A program made the position numbers and the translations under genes. A DNA stretch of 34,652 nucleotides from contig CAZSFH010000003.1 of NCBI GenBank assembly GCA_964606115.1, positions 1-34,652 on the forward strand, written 5' to 3'. The notes under the pieces were generated by a model. That model ran no database searches, was not told where the DNA came from, and saw only the letters and a list, made by a program, of their open reading frames with translations. This DNA is from an uncultured Planctomycetia bacterium (GTDB lineage: Bacteria; Planctomycetota; MHYJ01; CAYXQY01). Positions 18,166 to 27,503 of this stretch are shown here, piece after piece. The first letter of the stretch is position 1, and every line of letters begins with the position of its first letter.

Positions 18166-19131
18166 TCAACGGTCCAGCTGTTCATCAAAATTCTCCGGCA
18201 GCTCCCAACCGGCTCCGTAAATGTTTTGATCCACCTGTTCGGCTGTTTTCATACCGGCCAGTGCGGCCTTGATCCCCGGCTGATTGTGAACCCAGTTCAG
18301 AGCAATTCCTGACGCCGGTTTTTTGATTTCTTCCGAAACCTCCATCAGTGCGTTCACCGTATCCAGGTGATATTGAAAGCGATCCGGTTCGAAAAGAAGA
18401 TCACCACGCCGGTTGTCGTGATCATAAAAATCGGGGATCGCGCCATGTTTACCGGTCAGGAGGCCTTTTGCAAGAGGGGTGCAGGCCAGAATATCGATGT
18501 TTTGATCCACACAATATTTCCGTTCTCGCTCAAATCGGTCCGGTTCCAGGAGATTAAACCGGTATTGAACGCAGTCGAGCTGAAGGTGTTCCTGAATCTT
18601 TTCCAGGTAGGAGGCCGGAAAATGACAGACGCCAAGTGCCCGGACCACACCCTTGTCCAGGAATTCCTCCAGCTTGTCGAGTGATCCCGGGGAAAGGCCG
18701 TTCTCCGGAGGCCACTGAAGCTGATAAAGATCGATGGTCTCCGTCCGCAATCGTTCCCTCGACTGATCAATGTCCGTCTGCAGGGCCGCGGGCCGGGTAT
18801 CCGTGTACAATTTCCCGTCCGCATCAACGCGGACCCCTCCCTTTCCGGCGATGATCATCTCATCTCTCCGTTCTGAAGCCACCCGCCCGAGAAGTTTTTC
18901 CGAACGTCCCCGGCCATAAACGGAGGAAGTGTCAAACAGATTGATCCCCTTATCCAGAGCCCTGTGAAGAGCGTTCAGAGCTGTATCGGCATCCAAGGCG
19001 CCCCACTTGATGCCCCCAATCGACCATGTGCCGAACCCAACTGACGACACGGACATGCCGCTCGTTCCAAGCGACCGGTATTCCATATCCGGAGGTGGCT
19101 CAAATTCTGGGAGGTCTTCCAGGCGTTTCAT
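18166..19131 (-). CDS. aldo/keto reductase family oxidoreductase
   Basis: The motifs are LGTSGMSVSSVGFGTWSIGG, DTSSVYGRGRSEKLLG, IDLYQLQWP and VRALGVCHF. Confidence 0.9.
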   Translation of the reverse strand: MKRLEDLPEFEPPPDMEYRSLGTSGMSVSSVGFGTWSIGGIKWGALDADTALNALHRALDKGINLFDTSSVYGRGRSEKLLGRVASERRDEMIIAGKGGVRVDADGKLYTDTRPAALQTDIDQSRERLRTETIDLYQLQWPPENGLSPGSLDKLEEFLDKGVVRALGVCHFPASYLEKIQEHLQLDCVQYRFNLLEPDRFERERKYCVDQNIDILACTPLAKGLLTGKHGAIPDFYDHDNRRGDLLFEPDRFQYHLDTVNALMEVSEEIKKPASGIALNWVHNQPGIKAALAGMKTAEQVDQNIYGAGWELPENFDEQLDR

Positions 19132-19343
19132 GACTTTTGACGGAATTGTACGGTGTACACCAGAAAGAATAAATAGACCGGATCTGAAAAGGGAGGTGCG
19201 TACTCAGCGTCAGATTTTTGGTGCATACCAGAACAAATTAAGAAGGCGAGGCCGAAACGTGCTTTCCCGTAGAGTAATGTTACCGGTATTTCCAAAATCC
19301 GTACCTTTATAACTCCGTTCCGGGCCGTTAGTATGAAAGTATC

Positions 19344-20315
19344 ATGTGTACAAATCGGAACGGGACATACCATGTTTCATTCAGGATCCTCTTTATGACC
19401 GTGCTGACGGTCCTTCTGGCCACTTCCGCGAGCTGGGGCCAACCATCTGAAGATTCCGAAACGTCCGCCCGATCCATTCTGAAAAACGCGATCAATCATA
19501 CTCTTTCCGGTAACCACTCCTTTACTACTGATCTAAAACAAAGCAACCGGATGAAATACAGCAGCAATCGGATGACGGTGCATCAAAAACAGACCATATC
19601 CCTGAAATTCGTCCCTCCACTTATGTCCGGAAAAGCCACCACAAAAATGTCGATGGAGCGGGGAGCGATCTCTCAGTCGTTAAAAAAGCAGGTCATCCGA
19701 ATGGTCGGTCGAAATGGATCAAATCCCCAATTGTATGTCAAGATTGACGAAGCTCCATGGACATCTCTCAAGAGCGTGGCCGGTTCTCAACGGATCCGCC
19801 GACGAATGACCCTGATGTTTACGATTCGAACCTATTCGAACTTTTTACAAACGGTTCAAGTACAGGGACACGAACGGGTCCATAAACGCAAATGCCGGAA
19901 AGTGACCGGTAAGCTTGATCTCGAGCGTTTTCAGTCTCATCTCCATCAACAGCTCAGGGGAATGTTCGAGCCATCCGCCACCGGAGGCGAATACGGATTT
20001 TCGTTGGACCTGAAAAAAGCGGAAATTCAGTTCTGGATCGAAAAGGATCCCACCCGTATCCGCAGATTCAGCCTTTCATACCGCCAGGAAATCACGTATT
20101 CTGGCGGAAATAAGGAAGACCATCCAGATATGACGTTACTTCAACAACATCAGCAGAAGATCGATTACCGCCGATATGACAATACCGAGATGCCCCGGAA
20201 GGAAAAGGAACGATTCCAGACCCTTTCATCGAAGGAAGCCTCACAAAACAGACCGGATGAATCGGGAAAGGAAAATTCAAACTCCGGCGATGGGCCCGGC
20301 GATGGGCCTGACTAG
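19344..20315 (+). CDS. hypothetical secreted protein
   Basis: The N-terminal signal-like segment is RILFMTVLTVLLATSASWG. The tail is low-complexity and acidic/Gly-rich. I recognise no catalytic motif. Confidence 0.6.
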   Translation: MCTNRNGTYHVSFRILFMTVLTVLLATSASWGQPSEDSETSARSILKNAINHTLSGNHSFTTDLKQSNRMKYSSNRMTVHQKQTISLKFVPPLMSGKATTKMSMERGAISQSLKKQVIRMVGRNGSNPQLYVKIDEAPWTSLKSVAGSQRIRRRMTLMFTIRTYSNFLQTVQVQGHERVHKRKCRKVTGKLDLERFQSHLHQQLRGMFEPSATGGEYGFSLDLKKAEIQFWIEKDPTRIRRFSLSYRQEITYSGGNKEDHPDMTLLQQHQQKIDYRRYDNTEMPRKEKERFQTLSSKEASQNRPDESGKENSNSGDGPGDGPD

Positions 20316-20344
20316 AAGGCTGCTGAAAAGCCAGAGAAAACGTC

Positions 20345-20779
20345 TTAAGAAGGCTCCTCTTCCGTTTCCGGTTCTTCGTAATCGTCCGTTTTCTCCACCA
20401 GTTCGAACAAGCATCGCTCAGCGTTGTCACCGAGCTGGTGAGACGCATACTTTCCTCCTTCGATCCATCGCATCCCACCAAGCCGAACAATCCGGGTATA
20501 GCCGCCTGGTCGATCCTCAAACAGGGGCCCTACTTTTTTGAAAAGCTTGTTCGTTGCATCCTCGTCCTGAAGCTTGGATAGAACCTGGCGGTAATTGTGT
20601 AGCGAATCATCCCCGGCTTTCGTGATCAATTTTTCCACGAAAGACTGACACTCTTTTGCTTTTTCAATCGAGGTAATGATCCGTTCCTCCTCGATCAGGC
20701 TGGCGCTCATGTTCCGCAGCATCGCCATTCGATGGTGCGTTTTGCGCCCAAATTTTTTGTTTTTATCACCGTGTCTCAT
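20345..20779 (-). CDS. rplQ: 50S ribosomal protein L17
   Basis: The N-terminus is MRHGDKNKKFGRKTHHRMAMLRNMSASLIEEERIITS. The start overlaps the rpoA stop in an ATGA. The C-terminal tail is acidic. Confidence 0.97.
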   Translation of the reverse strand: MRHGDKNKKFGRKTHHRMAMLRNMSASLIEEERIITSIEKAKECQSFVEKLITKAGDDSLHNYRQVLSKLQDEDATNKLFKKVGPLFEDRPGGYTRIVRLGGMRWIEGGKYASHQLGDNAERCLFELVEKTDDYEEPETEEEPS

Positions 20780-21873
20780 TCTTCTTCCTCCCCTGCGGCT
20801 GCCGTTTCCTCTTCCTCAGCTTCCTGCTGAGCTTCGAAAAACGGCTGTTTTCCGCCGTAAACTTCCGATAGATCCATGTCCACTTCGAGACCGAGAACCT
20901 CGAGGGCATTTTTCACTTCCTCGAGGGACGTGCCCCCGAAGTTTCGGACCTCCAGGAGTGTGTCTTCATCGTCACTTGCAACGTCTTCAATGGTCTTATA
21001 GCCATCATCCTTCAGGGCATTGATCGTTCGCTGGTGAACATCCAGCTCCTCAATGTCGCGCTGCAAAATTTCTTTGAGATCGGATTTCTGCTTCTGTTCC
21101 TTCCAGGCCTGAGCCTTCTTCCGGCTCTCCTGAAGCAATCGCTGCTCGACTTCGAAGTATTTGACGAACGGATTGAGGTGTTTGCGGAGAATCTTGGACG
21201 CTTCAATCAGTGCCTGTTCGGGGGTGATGCTTCCGTCCGTCCAAATTTCCAGTATCAGGCGATCGAAGTCGGTCCGTTCCCCCACTCGCGTATCCTCAAC
21301 ATCGTACCGAACACGACGGATGGGGGAGAACAGGGAATCGACCGGAATGTTTCCGATTTCACCGTTCTGATCGGACCGTTTTTCGCGGTTGACATATCCG
21401 CGCCCGCGTTCGACGTCCATTTCCACCTTGAACTCCGTGTCTTCCGCAAGAGTGGCAATATGCAAATCCGGATTCACAATCTCGACGGCCGGGTCCGGCT
21501 GAATATGTCCGGCTTTCACGATGCCCTGCTGGGAAACATCAATATGCAGCGTTCGTTGATCCTGGTTCTTATCCAGGTCCAGCACGATTTGTTTGATGTT
21601 CGAAATAATTTCCGGGACATCTTCTTTGACTCCCGGGACCGTGGTTAGTTCGTGTTCCACCCCGTCGATCCGTACGTTTTTCACGCCGACCCCTTCGATG
21701 GAGGAGATCAGGATCCGCCTGAGGCTGTTTCCGATGGTTGATCCAAACCCACGCTCAAAAGGTTCAGCGGTGAATTTTCCGTACGTGTCGCTTTTCGTCT
21801 CCGGATCAAGGATGACCCGGTTGGGAAATTCGAAATCTCGCCAGCGTATGCGTACATCTCCGTTGTCTCTCAT
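20776..21873 (-). CDS. rpoA: DNA-directed RNA polymerase subunit alpha
   Basis: It has YGKFTAEPFERGFGSTIGNSLRRILISSIEG in the N-terminal domain and a C-terminal-domain HhH region (ELDVHQRTINALKDDGYKTIEDV). Confidence 0.97.
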   Translation of the reverse strand: MRDNGDVRIRWRDFEFPNRVILDPETKSDTYGKFTAEPFERGFGSTIGNSLRRILISSIEGVGVKNVRIDGVEHELTTVPGVKEDVPEIISNIKQIVLDLDKNQDQRTLHIDVSQQGIVKAGHIQPDPAVEIVNPDLHIATLAEDTEFKVEMDVERGRGYVNREKRSDQNGEIGNIPVDSLFSPIRRVRYDVEDTRVGERTDFDRLILEIWTDGSITPEQALIEASKILRKHLNPFVKYFEVEQRLLQESRKKAQAWKEQKQKSDLKEILQRDIEELDVHQRTINALKDDGYKTIEDVASDDEDTLLEVRNFGGTSLEEVKNALEVLGLEVDMDLSEVYGGKQPFFEAQQEAEEEETAAAGEEEE

Positions 21874-21955
21874 GATGGTTTTTTACTGAATTGGCTGTAA
21901 AAACAGATAAATCCTGTACGAATTCTGTGTTCTATAAAGAGGGCCGTTCGGATCG

Positions 21956-22567
21956 TTACTGCGTCATAAACTCCACGACCATGAGCTCATCAATATGATG
22001 TGGAAGATCTCCGGGTTCCGGTTCATTGATGACCTCCCCTTCGAGCTCGTCCTCCCGAAGATCCAGCCAGGAAGGAACCTGATCAACATCCGGTTCAGGA
22101 CTCAAGTTTTCGTCGACAAGTTCCTTGCTGGTATCCCGATCGGCGGGGGAAATCACATCTCCCGGGCTTACAAGAGCGGAGGGGATATCCACTTTCTCAC
22201 CGTTTACGTAAATATGACCATGATTCACAAACTGACGGGCCTGGGGTCTCGTCTTGCCAAACTGCAGACGAAAGACGACGTTATCAAGGCGCCGCTCCAT
22301 TTTGATAATCAGATTTTCACCGGTGTTCCCCTCCGCTTTCGTGGCATCCTTGAAGATACGACGGAGCTGTTTCTCGAGCACTCCATACGTATACTTCAAT
22401 TTCTGCTTTTCCCGGAGATGAAGCCCGTAGTCACTTAAACGGTACCGGTTTCGTCCCATTTCACCGGGGGGATACGACCGTTCCTGGGCGGGACAGTTAT
22501 CGCTTCCGCAGAGGGGCATTCCCACGCGGCGACACATCTTGTGATGGGGGGCTGTTCGTCTTGCCAT
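21956..22567 (-). CDS. rpsD: 30S ribosomal protein S4
   Basis: The motifs are SDYGLHLREKQKLKYTYGVLEKQLRRIF, LDNVVFRLQFGKTRPQARQFVNHGHIYVNG and an N-terminal Cys cluster. The ATG at 22567 overlaps the S11 stop in a TAATG. Confidence 0.95.
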   Translation of the reverse strand: MARRTAPHHKMCRRVGMPLCGSDNCPAQERSYPPGEMGRNRYRLSDYGLHLREKQKLKYTYGVLEKQLRRIFKDATKAEGNTGENLIIKMERRLDNVVFRLQFGKTRPQARQFVNHGHIYVNGEKVDIPSALVSPGDVISPADRDTSKELVDENLSPEPDVDQVPSWLDLREDELEGEVINEPEPGDLPHHIDELMVVEFMTQ

Positions 22568-22941
22568 TACACCCTCCGTTTCTTCGGCGGTCGACAACCA
22601 TTGTGCGGAAGCGGCGTGACATCCTCAATGCTCTTGACCTCGATGCCGGCGGCTTCAATGGCTCGAATGGCACCCGCGCGTCCACTGCCGGGTCCTTTCA
22701 CCTTGACCGCACACTCTTCAACACCAAACTTTTTGGCTTCCTCCGCAGCAGATTGAGCCGCTTTCTGGGCGGCGTACGCCGTGGATTTCTTCGCCCCCGA
22801 ATTTCCGGTGGTCCCGGGTGACGCCCAGCAGAGAGCATCCCCGTTCTCGTCCGTAAACGTAATAATTGTGTTATTAAACGTTGATTTCACGTGTGCAATA
22901 GCACGTGGAACCACCCGCTTAATTCGTTTTTTTCTGGCCAT
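22567..22941 (-). CDS. rpsK: 30S ribosomal protein S11
   Basis: The sequence is [37 protein letters not shown]...[26 protein letters not shown]. The ATG is at 22941; the track start at 23070 is an in-frame TTG. Confidence 0.95.
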   Translation of the reverse strand: MARKKRIKRVVPRAIAHVKSTFNNTIITFTDENGDALCWASPGTTGNSGAKKSTAYAAQKAAQSAAEEAKKFGVEECAVKVKGPGSGRAGAIRAIEAAGIEVKSIEDVTPLPHNGCRPPKKRRV

Positions 22942-23004
22942 GTTCGTTGCGTCTTTAAATGAAATGGAACACAAACAAAACTCGAAACCTATTTCAATTT
23001 TCTT

Positions 23005-23013
23005 CCCCCCCCC
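23005..23013. repeat. C9 (G9 on the coding strand) homopolymer tract in the rpsM-rpsK spacer
   Basis: Read directly from tcttCCCCCCCCCtcgcg. Confidence 0.9.
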
Positions 23014-23228
23014 TCGCGAGATCCAACCTCGAACGTGGACGTTCGTACGTCTTCCCGTTCTCCTCGTCAAAAAAACAACAGACCACGTCTCTCAATTGTG
23101 CCGGAGTTAAGCCCGGTACAGGAAAACGGACGTAAAGAACTTCTTGCACCCACTTTCCACAATCAGAATAACTGGCACGGATACGTACGAAGAAAACGCC
23201 CCCTCACGCTTTCTCCCGATAAATTTCG

Positions 23229-23618
23229 TTACCCGCCCGGTTTCTGAACCGTCCGATCTCTTCCGGGCACGGTTTTCCGTTCCCCTTTCTGAGTCCGGGC
23301 GTTGGATTGTGTTCGCTGTCCGCGCACCGGAAGGTCATTCTGGTGCCGCATTCCCCGGTAACAATCAATTTTCTTCAGCCGAGTAATATTGCGGCGGACC
23401 TCCTGGCGCAGTTCCCCCTCAATTTTGTAGTCACGCTCAATAATGGAATTAAGCTCACTGATCTGATCCTCCGACAGATCATACGCTCTCTGGCCTTCGG
23501 GAATACCGGCCTTCTCAATAATCTCCCGACCGCTGGTATCCCCGATACCGTATATATAAGTCAGAGCAACCCAGACGGGCTTGTCTTCCGGTATGTCAAC
23601 ACCTGCAATTCTCGGCAT
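23229..23618 (-). CDS. rpsM: 30S ribosomal protein S13
   Basis: The sequence is MPRIAGVDIPEDKPVWVALTYIYGIG...YRGMRHQNDLPVRGQRTQSNARTQKG. The ATG is at 23618. Confidence 0.96.
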   Translation of the reverse strand: MPRIAGVDIPEDKPVWVALTYIYGIGDTSGREIIEKAGIPEGQRAYDLSEDQISELNSIIERDYKIEGELRQEVRRNITRLKKIDCYRGMRHQNDLPVRGQRTQSNARTQKGERKTVPGRDRTVQKPGG

Positions 23619-23712
23619 GGTGATCGCTGGTAAAAACAGAATCCAGATTCGCAAACGAAACGACCGCTCATCAAGTACGATATCTTACGAAACGATACCG
23701 TAATAACTTGCG

Positions 23713-23826
23713 TTATCCCTGCACCTGTTTATGTTTCGGATTCTCGCAGATCACCCTCACCTTTCCGTTCCGACGGATGATCTTACAGTTCTCACAGATG
23801 CGCTTGACGGATGATCGTACCTTCAT
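23713..23826 (-). CDS. rpmJ: 50S ribosomal protein L36 (Zn-ribbon C+ form); absent from the ORF track
   Basis: Hand translation of the minus strand gives [37 protein letters not shown] followed by a stop. The ATG lies 2 nt after the infA stop. Confidence 0.93.
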   Translation of the reverse strand: MKVRSSVKRICENCKIIRRNGKVRVICENPKHKQVQG

Positions 23827-23828
23827 GG

Positions 23829-24050
23829 CTAGTTCGACTCCCTGTATACAATACGTCCTTTCTCCAGGTCATAAGGAGACATCTCCACCGTCACTTCATC
23901 TCCCGGTAAAATTCGAATAAACTTCCGTCGCATTTTTCCGGTGGTGTACGCAATCACTTCGTGACCGGACTCCAGCTCCACCTTGAACATGGCATTCGGT
24001 AGAGCTTTTTTAACTGTACCAGTCGCTTTGATCGGTTCTTCTTTAGACAC
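23829..24050 (-). CDS. infA: translation initiation factor IF-1
   Basis: The sequence is [68 protein letters not shown] at 24050 gives a canonical 73-aa product. The ATG at 24092 would overlap map by 32 nt. Confidence 0.9.
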   Translation of the reverse strand: MSKEEPIKATGTVKKALPNAMFKVELESGHEVIAYTTGKMRRKFIRILPGDEVTVEMSPYDLEKGRIVYRESN

Positions 24051-24060
24051 AGCGTCTTGT

Positions 24061-24855
24061 TCAATAAAGAGATTCGTGGAAGGTTCTACCATTATTATCC
24101 AGGCGAGTCAGAATTTCAATCCCCTCCCCCGTGATGGCAACCGTGTCCTCAAAATGAACGGAACGCTCCCCGTCCTCCGTGACGACCGTCCAGTCGTTGT
24201 CGAGGGTTCGGGTTCGATGGGTTCCGATATTCAGCATCGGTTCCAGTGCAAGAACCATCCCTTCTTTTAAAATCACGGTATCGGTATGATTTTCAGGTTC
24301 GTAGAAGTTCGGGATCTGCGGGTCCTCGTGCATTTCACGACCAATACCGTGTCCCACGTAATCACGTACCACGTTGTATCCACGACCTTCGCTGAACTCC
24401 TGGATGTATTTGCAGATTTCCTTCAGAGGCTTATCGGGCTCCACCCGATCAATGGCCCGGTTAAGTGCCTCCAGGCCGTCCTTCAGCAACGCCCTGGTCT
24501 GATCGGAAACGCTTCCGATCGGAATGGTCCGAGCCGCATCTCCAAAATAATTTTTGTATTCCACGCCGATATCCACGGAAATAATATCTCCCTCGCGGAG
24601 TTCACGATCCGGGGTTGGTATTCCATGGACAACTTCCTCATTGATACTCGCACAGATACTGGCCGGAAAACCGCGGTAATCTTTAAACGCCGGTTCCGCG
24701 TCCTCGTCCCGGATCATCTCTTCCGTTTTCTCATCAAGCTCCTTCGTCGTCACCCCGGGCTCGATGAGCTCAACCATCCGCTCATGACAGTGCGCCACGA
24801 TCCGGCCGGCCTGTTTCATAATTTTCAGTTCACGAGGTGATTTTCGTTTAATCAT
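24061..24855 (-). CDS. map: type I methionine aminopeptidase
   Basis: The motifs are [46 protein letters not shown] and TIEPM-like LALEPML. The ATG at 24855 lies 4 nt after the adk stop. Confidence 0.95.
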   Translation of the reverse strand: MIKRKSPRELKIMKQAGRIVAHCHERMVELIEPGVTTKELDEKTEEMIRDEDAEPAFKDYRGFPASICASINEEVVHGIPTPDRELREGDIISVDIGVEYKNYFGDAARTIPIGSVSDQTRALLKDGLEALNRAIDRVEPDKPLKEICKYIQEFSEGRGYNVVRDYVGHGIGREMHEDPQIPNFYEPENHTDTVILKEGMVLALEPMLNIGTHRTRTLDNDWTVVTEDGERSVHFEDTVAITGEGIEILTRLDNNGRTFHESLY

Positions 24856-25522
24856 GTTGCCTCGAAGGCGTCGAAAACTGAGACTGAATTGCACGGCACG
24901 CTTTTTTAAACACATCCTCAATCCGACCGGAGGCGTCCACACGTTCCAGAATCCCGTCCTTCTCGAGCTCACGAATGACGGGAACACTTTCATTTTGATA
25001 AACGTCAAGACGCTGTCGAATGGTTTTCAGGTTGTCATCTTCTCGCTGATAGAGCTCCGCTCCGCAGTCGTCACAGACCCCTTCTTCCTCGGGAGGATAA
25101 AACTCCACATGATAATTGCGTCCACATTCCGTACACGTTTTTCGGCCGGAAAGACGCTCGATGATGTCTTCTTTGTCCAGGTCCAGCTGAAGAGCAACGT
25201 CAATTTCTTCGTCCCGTTTCTCCAGCTCCTTTTTCAGGTGGTTGTACTGCTCAAGATTACGCGGGAATCCATCCGCTATGAAACCTTCCCGGCCGGGAAT
25301 GTCGAACATCTCCCGGGACATAATCTGCACCACGATCTCCACGGGCACAAGCTGCCCGTTGTCAATATACGGCTTTGCTCGCTGCCCCGCCTCGGTTTCT
25401 TCCTCAATGGCCTCCCTCAACAACTGCCCGGCGGAGAGGTGCGGGAGATCAAATTCCCTACTCAATTTTTTGGCCTGGGTTCCTTTTCCGGCCCCAGGAG
25501 GTCCGATCAAAAGAATTTTCAT
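24848..25522 (-). CDS. adk: adenylate kinase (Zn-binding lid)
   Basis: It has MKILLIGPPGAGKGTQAKKLS and the lid CTECGRNYH...CDDCGAELYQREDD. Confidence 0.97.
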   Translation of the reverse strand: MKILLIGPPGAGKGTQAKKLSREFDLPHLSAGQLLREAIEEETEAGQRAKPYIDNGQLVPVEIVVQIMSREMFDIPGREGFIADGFPRNLEQYNHLKKELEKRDEEIDVALQLDLDKEDIIERLSGRKTCTECGRNYHVEFYPPEEEGVCDDCGAELYQREDDNLKTIRQRLDVYQNESVPVIRELEKDGILERVDASGRIEDVFKKACRAIQSQFSTPSRQHD

Positions 25523-25581
25523 CCTGATGACAGGGCGTTTCTGGAACGGTGAACGTGGTTATCCGGACGACTCAATCGTGC

Positions 25582-26952
25582 TCAGCGACGCTGGTATGAT
25601 CGACTCCGACCGCTTTTTCCGGCCTCTTTGAAGAACCCTTCGTACTCCCGCATCATCATCTGGGACTCGATCCGTTCAACGGTATCCATCGCGACGCTGA
25701 CAATAATCAACAACCCCGTGCCTCCGAGAAACCGTGTCACCACCTGACCGAACCCGAACGCGAACGCGACAATGTCGGGAATCAGCGCGAGAAGGGCAAG
25801 GAACGTAGCACCGGCGAGCGTGATTCGGTTCATGATTCCCTCAAGAAAATTGGCCGTGTTCTTCCCCGGTCGTACTCCCGGCACAAACGACCCCCGTTCC
25901 TTCAGCTGATCGGCCATATCGACCGGCTGAAACATCAGGGCCGTCCAGAAGTAGGAAAAGAAGAACACCATGGAGGCATAAAAGAGCACATAGAAGAACC
26001 CGAGATTCTGCCCGGTACCTCCCCCGACGGTCACAAGCAGATCCGAAAGCCACGGCAGCGAATTCTGCAGCGACCGGCCGATGAGCATGGGAAACATCAG
26101 CAGCGAACTCGCAAAAATCAGCGGCATTACTCCCGCCTGATTTACCTTCAGGGGAAGGTAGTTCTTCTGTCCGCCGTACATCCTGCGCCCTCGCACGTGT
26201 TTTCCGTGCTGAACCGGAATCCGACGCTGGGACATGTTCACGAACGTGATACCCGCTACCACCAGCACGTAAAGAAGGATTAAAAGAATCACCTTGTCCG
26301 GGGACCGAAGCCCCTGCTGCACTCGGGTCCAGAGATCAAGAGCAACTTTGGGCATCGTGGCGAGAATCCCGGCCATAATAATGATTGACGCTCCATTTCC
26401 CACGCCGTGTTCGGTAATTTGCTCACCAAGCCACATGATAAAGATCGCACCGCCGGCCAGGATGATCGTGGTTCCCACGTAAAACAGCCACCCCGGAAAT
26501 CCCTCCACGACAAGACCTAGTTTGGTATAAAGAAAGATGGACAGCATAAAACCCTGAAACACACAGATCGGAACTGTACACAACCGTGTGTACTGCTTGA
26601 TTTTTCGCTGTCCGGAAGGTCCCTCTTTGCTCAGCTGTTCGAGACTGGGCACGACTTTGGTCAGCATCTGAAAAATGATGGCCGAGGTAATGTACGGCAT
26701 GATGCCCAGACTGAAGATGGATAGACGCTTGGCGGCCCCTCCCGAAAACAGCATCAGGAATCCGAATGTCCGGCCGCCGGCAGTATCCGCCATTTGTTCC
26801 CACATCGCCTGCACCGCTTCCATGTCAATCCCCGGAACCGGAATCGCGGAACCAAAACGAAAAACGGCCAGCAACCCCAGGGTAATGAGAATCCGCCTCC
26901 GGAGTTCGGGAATGCGGAACATATTGGTGACGGCGTTGCTCAGGCGATTCAT
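25582..26952 (-). CDS. secY: preprotein translocase subunit SecY
   Basis: It has ten-TM organisation. The motifs are LRRRILITLGLLAVFRFGSAIPVPGI, SIFSLGIMPYITSAIIFQML and GVMPLIFASSLL. Confidence 0.97.
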   Translation of the reverse strand: MNRLSNAVTNMFRIPELRRRILITLGLLAVFRFGSAIPVPGIDMEAVQAMWEQMADTAGGRTFGFLMLFSGGAAKRLSIFSLGIMPYITSAIIFQMLTKVVPSLEQLSKEGPSGQRKIKQYTRLCTVPICVFQGFMLSIFLYTKLGLVVEGFPGWLFYVGTTIILAGGAIFIMWLGEQITEHGVGNGASIIIMAGILATMPKVALDLWTRVQQGLRSPDKVILLILLYVLVVAGITFVNMSQRRIPVQHGKHVRGRRMYGGQKNYLPLKVNQAGVMPLIFASSLLMFPMLIGRSLQNSLPWLSDLLVTVGGGTGQNLGFFYVLFYASMVFFFSYFWTALMFQPVDMADQLKERGSFVPGVRPGKNTANFLEGIMNRITLAGATFLALLALIPDIVAFAFGFGQVVTRFLGGTGLLIIVSVAMDTVERIESQMMMREYEGFFKEAGKSGRSRSYQRR

Positions 26953-26985
26953 CCCGGTTCGTTCGGATGTGAGGTTACGACTTCA

Positions 26986-27441
26986 TTATTCGGAGGGAAC
27001 GGAGACTTCTCCACCGGCCTCTTCAATCTTCTCCCGGGCCGTTTCACTAAAGGCGTCGGCCTCGACCGTCAGGGATGTATCCAGCTCACCGTCGCCAAGT
27101 ATTTTGACCTCTCGATCGGTATTTCCCCGGATCAGTCCCTCCTCGATTAAACGCTCAGGCGTGATCTCTTCACCGTCGTCAAACACATTCAGTTTCTCGA
27201 CGTTGACAACGGCGTATTCGGTTCGAAAATCGGCGTTGTTAAAGCCAAACTTGGGAAACCGCTGAATCAGGGGAGTTTCTCCGCCGGCAAAAAACTCGCG
27301 CTGGCCGAAACCGGACCGCGCTTTCTGGCCCTTGACGCCGCGTGTGCAGTACGTCCCCTTACCGGACCCGTTTCCACGTCCGATTCGACGTTTCCCATCC
27401 GGTTTGGGATCGGATTTTTCTCGAAGTTCGTGAAGCTGCAT
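26986..27441 (-). CDS. rplO: 50S ribosomal protein L15
   Basis: The sequence is MQLHELREKSDPKPDGKRRIGRGNGSGKGTYCTRGVKGQKARSG...FEGGETPLIQRFPK-like. Confidence 0.95.
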   Translation of the reverse strand: MQLHELREKSDPKPDGKRRIGRGNGSGKGTYCTRGVKGQKARSGFGQREFFAGGETPLIQRFPKFGFNNADFRTEYAVVNVEKLNVFDDGEEITPERLIEEGLIRGNTDREVKILGDGELDTSLTVEADAFSETAREKIEEAGGEVSVPSE

Positions 27442-27503
27442 GTATCCTCCTGAAAGAACAGCAATCGAAAAATTCTAACAATGCTTTCTTACCGGGGGAT
27501 CGA

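Noticed and set aside
23005-23013. The C9/G9 homopolymer as a phase-variable contingency switch.
   Set aside because: It is non-coding and sits inside an essential ribosomal operon, where on/off switching is implausible. I kept it only as a structural detail of the spacer and as a possible sequencing-error hotspot.
22942-23070. An in-frame TTG-initiated 43-aa N-terminal extension of S11 (the track ORF starts at 23070).
   Set aside because: The ATG at 22941 gives the canonical MARKK...[11 protein letters not shown]-terminus. The extension is not S11-like and would run through the G9 tract and the hairpin.
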